Notes under the pieces: generated by a model | Told to the model about the DNA's origin: nothing | Database searches by the model: none | Seen by the model: the letters and a program-made list of their open reading frames with translations, nothing else | Shown: one piece after another, positions 57,282-64,000 of the stretch | How positions within the stretch are numbered: the first letter of the stretch is position 1 | Layout: each line of letters begins with the position of its first letter | Position numbers and translations under genes: made by a program | IMG/VR virus record: IMGVR_UViG_3300001097_000002 | Location: 32,887-96,886 of that record | Source of the DNA: a virus | Direction: 5' to 3' (one strand) | DNA length: 64,000 nucleotides

Positions 57282-58154
57282 ATGAATTTCACATCGTTAC
57301 TAGGCGATAGCGTATCAAAAGAGGTAATCGACCAGCTTGAAGAAGGCATGGCTACTACTATTAAAAACGCTGTATACGCTAAAGAACAAGAACTTACCGA
57401 ACAAGCCAATGCATATTCTGAATATGTGCAAAGTGAATTAGCAGAAAAAGCTGATGCGTATGGCGTGTATATTAAAGAAAGTCTTGCTGTCGAATCTAAG
57501 GAATCTAAAGAAACATTAGAGGAAAGTTTCGCTGAAAAAGAAGTTTCTTATATTGAGCGCATTGAAGAAGTTAAACAGGCAGCCGAAGGTTATGCTGAAC
57601 TTATTTTTAATGACATCGTCGAAAAAGCTGATGCGTACACAGAGCATTTTGTTGAAGAATATCAATCTAAAAATACTGAAATGTTTGAATCAATTCAGCG
57701 CGAACAAAACGCCCATGATATCGTAGAAAACATTACATCTACATTGGCAGGTTTTGGTTTTGATGTTACCCAAAACACTGCTATTGCTCAACTTAAAGAA
57801 TCTGTCGCCACTAAGGATGCTGAAATTTCCGAATTAAATGGTAAACTTTACGAAGACGATGTAAGTAAACAAAAAGAACTAGTTTTAGAAGAAATGACCG
57901 AAGGTTTATCATTAAGTGAGAAACAAAAAGTTGTCGACGCTGCTAGTGATATTTTAACTGAGAGTGTAGGCGGTTTTAAAAATGTCGTGCGTATTTTAGT
58001 TAATAAATACGATAGTAATGATGACCGTGTAGAGACAACTACTAAAAAAATTAACGAGCGTGTAAATACTGATAACAACGATGAAGATGTTAGCTTTAAA
58101 GACACGTTTACCAATGGCCAATCTGTCAATGACATTGCAAACACCTTAATTTAA
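57282..58154 (+). CDS. gp22: Prohead scaffold/core protein
   Basis: Acidic coiled-coil, YxEY repeats, EMTEGLSLSEKQKV; synteny. Confidence 0.88.
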   Translation: MNFTSLLGDSVSKEVIDQLEEGMATTIKNAVYAKEQELTEQANAYSEYVQSELAEKADAYGVYIKESLAVESKESKETLEESFAEKEVSYIERIEEVKQAAEGYAELIFNDIVEKADAYTEHFVEEYQSKNTEMFESIQREQNAHDIVENITSTLAGFGFDVTQNTAIAQLKESVATKDAEISELNGKLYEDDVSKQKELVLEEMTEGLSLSEKQKVVDAASDILTESVGGFKNVVRILVNKYDSNDDRVETTTKKINERVNTDNNDEDVSFKDTFTNGQSVNDIANTLI

Positions 58155-58173
58155 AACCTGGAGAACAATAAAA

Positions 58174-59460
58174 ATGAGTAAAACAATTAACGAAAACATC
58201 AATGAAACTTTCAACGATGAAAAATCGCGTCAACACCACTTGGTTGAAAAATGGTCTAAAGTGCTTGACACTGAAGGGCAAGGTATCCAACCAATCAATG
58301 AAGACACACGCAAAAAAGTAACCGCTTACTTGCTTGACAACGAAGCCAAATATCTAAACGAAAGCGCTAACAGCGTACAAGGCATGGCTACTTGGACTCC
58401 AATCTTAATGTCGATGGTTCGTCGTGCTGCTCCACGTTTGATTGCTTATGACGTAATGGGTGTTCAAGCAATGGATGCGCCTAACTCTTATATCTTCTCA
58501 CTAACCGCGAAATATAACGACAAAGGTACTTATCCTAACGACCCTGCTAACAGTGAAGCACTACACAAAGACATTGATACTACATACTCTGGTACAGGTA
58601 CAGAAGTTGGTGCTACTGATGGTGGTGCTGCTCCAGCAGACCTAAACAGTTGGGGTTCTTATGCCGCTGCCTCAGTTGGGACTGGTATGGAAACCGCAGT
58701 TGGTGAAGTTGCGCCTTGGGCTGAAATGGGTATCAGCATTGAGAAGGCTAACGTAGAAGCTAAAACTCGTCAGTTGAAAGCTACCTATTCTCAAGAACTT
58801 GCAGAAGACATGAAACGTATACACGGTTTATCAGCAGACAGTGAATTGCTTACTATTCTTAGTAACGAAATCATTGCTGAAACTAACCGCGAAGTTATGC
58901 AAACAATTTATAAAGCTGCCAAACTTGGTGCACAATCAGCTACCACTCCAGGTGTTGTCGATTTAGATGCTGATGCTGATGGCCGTTGGTCAGTTGAGAA
59001 ATTCAAAGGTCTTCGTTACATGATAATGAAAGACGCTAACAACATCGCTTTAGATACTCGCCGTGGTAAAGGTAACAAACTTATTACGTCTGCTAACGTT
59101 GCAACCGCTTTAGAAATGAGTGGCTTGCTTGATTTCAACCCAGCACTACAAGCACAAACCAACCTAAGCGTAGATGCTTCAGGTATGACCTATGCAGGTC
59201 GTATGGGTACAATTGATGTTTATATTGACCCTTATGCACAAGGCGATGGTTACGCAATTGGTTATAAAGGCGACCAGTATGACGCAGGTATCTACTACTG
59301 CCCATACATCCCTCTACAACTTTCACGTGCTGTAAACAGTGATGTTTTCCATAATACCATGGGATTCAAAACACGTTACGGAATTTCTGCTAACCCATTC
59401 TCAACGTTAGCTGCGGATAGTAACGCGTATTACAGAAAAGCTCGCGTTATTAACTTATAA
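58174..59460 (+). CDS. gp23: Major capsid protein
   Basis: EKWSKVL, VRRA.P.LIAYD..GVQ, EMG.SIEK..V.AKTRQLKA.Y..ELA.D, YCPY, GFKTRYG. Confidence 0.97.
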   Translation: MSKTINENINETFNDEKSRQHHLVEKWSKVLDTEGQGIQPINEDTRKKVTAYLLDNEAKYLNESANSVQGMATWTPILMSMVRRAAPRLIAYDVMGVQAMDAPNSYIFSLTAKYNDKGTYPNDPANSEALHKDIDTTYSGTGTEVGATDGGAAPADLNSWGSYAAASVGTGMETAVGEVAPWAEMGISIEKANVEAKTRQLKATYSQELAEDMKRIHGLSADSELLTILSNEIIAETNREVMQTIYKAAKLGAQSATTPGVVDLDADADGRWSVEKFKGLRYMIMKDANNIALDTRRGKGNKLITSANVATALEMSGLLDFNPALQAQTNLSVDASGMTYAGRMGTIDVYIDPYAQGDGYAIGYKGDQYDAGIYYCPYIPLQLSRAVNSDVFHNTMGFKTRYGISANPFSTLAADSNAYYRKARVINL

Positions 59461-59481
59461 TAACACGAACAAACTAGTAGC

Positions 59482-59514
59482 AAAAAAAGCCTATATTAAT
59501 TTATAGGCTTTTTT
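59482..59514. terminator. Bidirectional terminator
   Basis: aaaaaaagcctata-ttaatt-tataggctttttt between convergent genes. Confidence 0.85.
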
Positions 59515-59519
59515 ATTGG

Positions 59520-60950
59520 TTATAATTTAACATATACTATATTACCACAGTCCCATAATTTATATAAGTTATCAGCATTAAGCATATCAGGATTATTAAT
59601 ACCTTTAAACCTACTGAATATGTCTCTGGTTGAGCTATTATAATAAGTATGCGATGGTTCAGATGTATGCGTTTGCACAAATCCGCAAGTATTATATACA
59701 TTACCAGTGCTAAAACGTCTATTTGCATAACTTAATATACTACCATTAATTGCACTTAAAATTTTACTCATGCCACCAACCACTATAGTATTAATACTAT
59801 TACAATATCTTACCATCTCATAGTCATACTTTTTATTAAAGCGTGGCGTCATAAACGTACCAATAGCAACCAATTCATCATTATAGTATAGTCCTTTATT
59901 AATTTTACTAGATGACATACCCTGTATATGATTATCAACAATAAACTGCATAGCATCATTATATGCAACATCGCGCATGATACATTTTCTTGCGTATACT
60001 TTATTATCAATTAAACCCAGCTTCGCTTTAATCATTGATTTTACAATATCAAAATGCTCAATAATTTCATAATCCCAAAAATGTAAAAGTGCTATATTAT
60101 TGTCTAAGCAACCGGTTGTCTTTTTAAGGTGGTACTTAGTGTCTTTAATAAACTTATCGCTGTGCCAATACACGCCATTACATTCAATAGCTAAATTATA
60201 TTCGGGTATGTATATATCAAGTTCTCTATTACCTAATACTGTATAATCACCGTGTATAAAATCAATCCCTAAGCTTTCAATAAAATCAACTAATAATTTT
60301 TCTGGGAATGAAGTAGTAAATGATTTGTTGGTTGCTGCACCATGACGTCTAAATGTTTTTTTAATTGTACCTCTACTGCATCCTATTTCATATGCAATTT
60401 GTTCTAAAGATTTAGTCTCGTTTTCAACCTTTAAAAACTCGATATCATTCGCTATCTCTCTGTCAAAACCATTATAGTTCCATCTATCGCATGTACCTCC
60501 ATATAACGATTGCTGTTCACTATGACTACGCTGTTCTATACCATGTTCACGCATACGCGTAGTTACCGTGACATTACTACACTCATATAACTCTCCTATA
60601 ATCTCAGGTTGTAACTTTGCAATATTATACAAATATTCAAGTTCAGTTTTTGGTATATCAACTTTGTGTGGTTGTATGCCTTCAGTGCGATACGTATACC
60701 CGCAAGCCTTAGAACATGTATCAGTAAATTCACCGTTCCCTTTCATTTTTGTTGGTGTATCACATATAACACACAATCCATCAAGGTCAAATATAATGAG
60801 TTTAATACATTCTTTAAATGAGCGTTCTAGATTAAACGTGCTAACATATTCGTGTATATTGGGGCTATGTTTTTTAATATAGTTCTCCCCGCAGCGCTTA
60901 GGGTTTACGTCACCATTTATACTAACTAATTCTAATAGTTGTGATTTCAC
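59520..60950 (-). CDS. Free-standing Hef-like/PD-(D/E)xK homing endonuclease with HTH repeats
   Basis: Zn motif CVICD..TCSKAC, two HTHs, ELDIYIPEYNLAIECNGVYWHS, YARKC, NHIQG, SYANRRFS, WDCG. Confidence 0.85.
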   Translation of the reverse strand: MKSQLLELVSINGDVNPKRCGENYIKKHSPNIHEYVSTFNLERSFKECIKLIIFDLDGLCVICDTPTKMKGNGEFTDTCSKACGYTYRTEGIQPHKVDIPKTELEYLYNIAKLQPEIIGELYECSNVTVTTRMREHGIEQRSHSEQQSLYGGTCDRWNYNGFDREIANDIEFLKVENETKSLEQIAYEIGCSRGTIKKTFRRHGAATNKSFTTSFPEKLLVDFIESLGIDFIHGDYTVLGNRELDIYIPEYNLAIECNGVYWHSDKFIKDTKYHLKKTTGCLDNNIALLHFWDYEIIEHFDIVKSMIKAKLGLIDNKVYARKCIMRDVAYNDAMQFIVDNHIQGMSSSKINKGLYYNDELVAIGTFMTPRFNKKYDYEMVRYCNSINTIVVGGMSKILSAINGSILSYANRRFSTGNVYNTCGFVQTHTSEPSHTYYNSSTRDIFSRFKGINNPDMLNADNLYKLWDCGNIVYVKL

Positions 60951-61067
60951 ATAAAATCCTTGTTTATTATAAGTTCGAGCAGTATAGCATTACTTGATAG
61001 CACAAAACAAACCTTGTTTTAAGTATACCATTATTGTATAATATAGTTAATCAAACAAGGTGATATT

Positions 61068-61496
61068 ATGAATTTAGATGAATTGCAAAAAATGATTGAA
61101 CTTGATAGTGTTATTGAATTAACCAACCTTAGTACACACTCAATTGAGGTACCTAAAATATCAGCAAAATACCAGCATATTTTAATGGACTATTTGCGCA
61201 TACAAAAACAACTAGAATTTAAGATGCAAAAAGTCAAAAAGGAATTACTAGAATATTACAAAGGATACGCAAGTGATAATATATACTTAGAAAAACCACT
61301 CAATAGAAAGCCGGCAGCGGGTGAAGTAGAAACATACATAAAAGCTGATAATGATTGGCAAGTGGTTGCTGCTAAGTTTGAACATATCACAATGAAGATT
61401 AAACTTGTAGAAGAATTTGTTAAGCAATTAAATCAACGGTCGTTTATGATTAAGAATGCAATTGACTATGAGAAGTTTAAAAATGGTGGCTTTTAA
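61068..61496 (+). CDS. uvsY: Recombination mediator UvsY
   Basis: D..I....L...S..VPKI.AKY, EYY.G, YI.AD, R.F.IKNAI...KF..G. Confidence 0.92.
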   Translation: MNLDELQKMIELDSVIELTNLSTHSIEVPKISAKYQHILMDYLRIQKQLEFKMQKVKKELLEYYKGYASDNIYLEKPLNRKPAAGEVETYIKADNDWQVVAAKFEHITMKIKLVEEFVKQLNQRSFMIKNAIDYEKFKNGGF

Positions 61497-61586
61497 TTGC
61501 GTTCCGGTGCTATGATACCATACAGTTATTAGCGCGCCGTGTACACACCAAATTTACACACTGAATACACTTAAAGGATATAGCTA

Positions 61587-62042
61587 ATGCACACTCATAT
61601 CACAGAAAATTTATCATATGATGTAAACGGATATAAAGTACACGATAAAGAATTTATTAATGAATTACCTGATAATTACATATTCGTGTTTGGTAGTAAT
61701 ACGGCAGGAAGACATGGAGCTGGCGCGGCAAAAGTCGCAAGGGTTAAATTTGGTGCTGTATACGGGATTGGTGAAGGACTTGTTAATCAATCATATGCAT
61801 TACCTACACTTGATAATGATTTACAACAACTACCAGCGTCTGTATTATTTCAAACATTACATAACTTTATTGAGTGCGCACGTATCAATGACCACTTAAC
61901 ATTTGTACTAACAAAAGTAGGTTGCGGATTAGCAGGATATGACAAACCCGAAGAAATGTATAGTGATATGTTAAAAGGAATAGATATGTACAACCCTTTT
62001 CCAACTAACATCATTTTTCCGGTTGATTTTATACAGCCATAA
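61587..62042 (+). CDS. Macro-domain-like phage protein
   Basis: IFVFGSN.AGRHGAGAA..A, GEG....SYALPT, TKVGCGLAG. Confidence 0.75.
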   Translation: MHTHITENLSYDVNGYKVHDKEFINELPDNYIFVFGSNTAGRHGAGAAKVARVKFGAVYGIGEGLVNQSYALPTLDNDLQQLPASVLFQTLHNFIECARINDHLTFVLTKVGCGLAGYDKPEEMYSDMLKGIDMYNPFPTNIIFPVDFIQP

Positions 62043-62084
62043 AAAACACCTACCTCAATAAGTGTTCTTTGTTGAGCTATTACT

Positions 62085-62321
62085 TTATTTTTTAACTACT
62101 CGTATTGGGTCATTACCTTTAAACCTTCGCGCCATCAAAATGATAGCTGGTAGAACTAGTGTAGCAATATTACTTAGACTATCAGGTAACATTGCTGCCA
62201 GTTGTGGAATGAATGGCTCCAAACCAATAACAATCAGAACAAGTGCTGACATAAAAATACTACTAAAAATAGCCCATTTACTATCAGTTTTATTCGTTGT
62301 CGTTTTCGTTATCTTCGTCAT
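62085..62321 (-). CDS. Two-TM membrane protein (holin/antiholin candidate)
   Basis: Two hydrophobic helices, basic C-terminus. Confidence 0.55.
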   Translation of the reverse strand: MTKITKTTTNKTDSKWAIFSSIFMSALVLIVIGLEPFIPQLAAMLPDSLSNIATLVLPAIILMARRFKGNDPIRVVKK

Positions 62322-62733
62322 TATCGTTCATCCTTTGCAATTTAAATAATTTGATATATTCTTTTATAGTTGTAAAAAACAACTTTATTAGTTCTATAAT
62401 ACTGACAATCAATGTTTCGGTAATTCCGTTAACTAACTTGGTTGTGAAACCGGGCATTGAAATGCGCATTGCATCAAGTAGTGAAAGCCCAAATATTCCA
62501 GTAAAACCACCTAAAATAATATAAGCAAAAATTGATATATTACCACTTTGTAACTTAACATAATCACCGATAGCACCAGCGGCGGCACATGTTAGTATAG
62601 TCATAAGAAATGTTAATTTTAAGCCATAGCGTTTCGTGTCGGAGTTAATGAACGCGCCAACTAAGCTCCCTAATATTGTAGCAATTGCTTCTGGTGTTAC
62701 AGCCAATTGCATAAATGTGATGTAAACATCCAT
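62290..62733 (-). CDS. Three-TM holin-like protein
   Basis: Three TM segments with GxxG motifs, charged tail. Confidence 0.6.
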   Translation of the reverse strand: MDVYITFMQLAVTPEAIATILGSLVGAFINSDTKRYGLKLTFLMTILTCAAAGAIGDYVKLQSGNISIFAYIILGGFTGIFGLSLLDAMRISMPGFTTKLVNGITETLIVSIIELIKLFFTTIKEYIKLFKLQRMNDNDEDNENDNE

Positions 62734-62747
62734 TGTATTGCCTCATT

Positions 62748-63206
62748 TTATTCCTCTTGCTCTTTACTTGTACGAAGCACACCATAACCAGTAACACCAA
62801 ATACAAATGACAATCCTGTATATATGGGTAGAGCCGTGCTTATAGGCGGCTGTAATGCAAACGCCATAGCAATAACAAGCCAAATGATAGCCGAAAATTG
62901 TAACAATATACCACCAAACTGATTTGAATTATTACATGATTTACATAGTAACCAGAATTGCAATATCCCTAAACCAATCATAAACACCCAAACCATATAC
63001 GGCACCTTAACAAAATTGTCGTATATATTGATTTTTAATAAATACGATGAATTGCCAAGCATGATGACACCAAAACCAACTAGACACCACGTATTAAATA
63101 ACTCAACAACCCTAGATGTATACTCAAACATCCAATCGCCAGTGTTTTTTAAAATACCTGGCATTAATATAAAAGGTATCATAATCTTTTTTATTACATG
63201 TAGCAT
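62748..63206 (-). CDS. Four-TM membrane protein
   Basis: Four hydrophobic segments. Confidence 0.6.
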   Translation of the reverse strand: MLHVIKKIMIPFILMPGILKNTGDWMFEYTSRVVELFNTWCLVGFGVIMLGNSSYLLKINIYDNFVKVPYMVWVFMIGLGILQFWLLCKSCNNSNQFGGILLQFSAIIWLVIAMAFALQPPISTALPIYTGLSFVFGVTGYGVLRTSKEQEE

Positions 63207-63255
63207 ACATACCTCAAGATTAAAATTTATTTCATATATATTTACAAAAAACCAT

Positions 63256-63286
63256 AAAAAACCTTCTAAAGTTAGAAGGTTTTTTT
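63256..63286. terminator. Rho-independent terminator
   Basis: aaaaaaccttcta-aagt-tagaaggtttttt. Confidence 0.75.
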
Positions 63287-63302
63287 AATAAGGTGATATT
63301 AA

Positions 63303-63695
63303 TTAATCATTTTCGCTGTTAGTTTGCGCAAGCGCGTCCTCTGAACTCATATAATTATAGTTAACCGTATTTGTTTGTGTTGATGGTGTTGAACCTTTAC
63401 TGTTTTGTGGTTTATCAAACTCTGCATATTGTGCATTAATTTTAGTTAATGACTCCATGTAACTACTAGCAGCGCTATACATTTTAGGATTATCACTGTC
63501 CTTTAAAACACGTATCATATCAGGCAATGCACGCATACCAGTATCAATGACTTTCTTTATATTTTTTTTAGCATAATCAGCTGAATCAACAGCCTCTGTA
63601 TAAACAACGTCGCCTTTATCATTAGTAGTTGGTTTAGTCTCTGAAATCTCATATATGCCCGTCTCACCACCTAATATTTGACTTATCTTATCCAT
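63303..63695 (-). CDS. gp16: Terminase small subunit
   Basis: D.DYAKKNI...I..G..AL.DM..V...SD.PK.Y.....M..L...N, then TNTVNYN..SS.D.L. Confidence 0.75.
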   Translation of the reverse strand: MDKISQILGGETGIYEISETKPTTNDKGDVVYTEAVDSADYAKKNIKKVIDTGMRALPDMIRVLKDSDNPKMYSAASSYMESLTKINAQYAEFDKPQNSKGSTPSTQTNTVNYNYMSSEDALAQTNSEND

Positions 63696-63706
63696 TAGTG
63701 TTCACC

Positions 63707-63973
63707 TTATAATAAAAAATCATCAGTTACCTGTGTCAATCCCACAGCTTCAAACGCTATCATCGGGTCGATGTCAACAGCGATAACAATCTTGTCAGGC
63801 GTCGCTTTAATCCCAGTATCGTACATAACACTAGCGTCTAGTGCTGATTGAGCATCAGTGTTATCTACTGTTTGACCAAACATATCTAAAACAATCGGTT
63901 TGATGACGGTGCTACAGACAGCATATAAATTACCGTCTGCATCCTGATAGTCCGCTACGCTAAATGTACTCAC
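63707..63973 (-). CDS. Hypothetical protein (may extend beyond window edge)
   Basis: ORF upstream of gp16. Confidence 0.5.
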   Translation of the reverse strand: MSTFSVADYQDADGNLYAVCSTVIKPIVLDMFGQTVDNTDAQSALDASVMYDTGIKATPDKIVIAVDIDPMIAFEAVGLTQVTDDFLL

Positions 63974-64000
63974 GTCAGCTGCGGACTCACCAGCTATTAG

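Noticed and set aside
1-64000. tRNA/rRNA genes, integrase or alternative genetic code
   Set aside because: No cloverleaf or integrase was seen by eye. Core genes read intact in code 11 using all three stop codons, so the fragmentation is not stop-codon reassignment.

Overview
About 64 kb of an AT-rich T4-like (Tevenvirinae-related, divergent) myophage genome. A spanin pair and a GH19 endolysin point to a Gram-negative host. The window holds replication/recombination genes (uvsX, uvsW, uvsY, gp43, gp44/45/62, gp46/47, gp32, gp59, gp61, rnh, regA), late transcription genes (gp55, gp33), head/tail genes (gp4, gp16-gp23), lysis genes, folE and queD, and two free-standing homing endonucleases. The main result is that two essential genes are fragmented. 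(1) The large terminase gp17 is in at least four separate genes. Three are visible here, the first lying about 45 kb from the other two. They carry atypically split intein halves (about 30-aa IntN, about 120-aa IntC), which implies three mutually orthogonal trans-splicing reactions and a missing middle fragment outside the window. (2) The family-B DNA polymerase gp43 is in three intein-free polypeptides. One break separates ExoI/II from ExoIII across 5.5 kb, and the third piece is interrupted by an ORF-less 301-nt group I intron in motif B that the ORF track missed. About ten scattered genes also share a T4-like capsid-targeting N-terminus, suggesting a large set of injected internal proteins. 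All calls come from motif recognition by eye; no searches were run.
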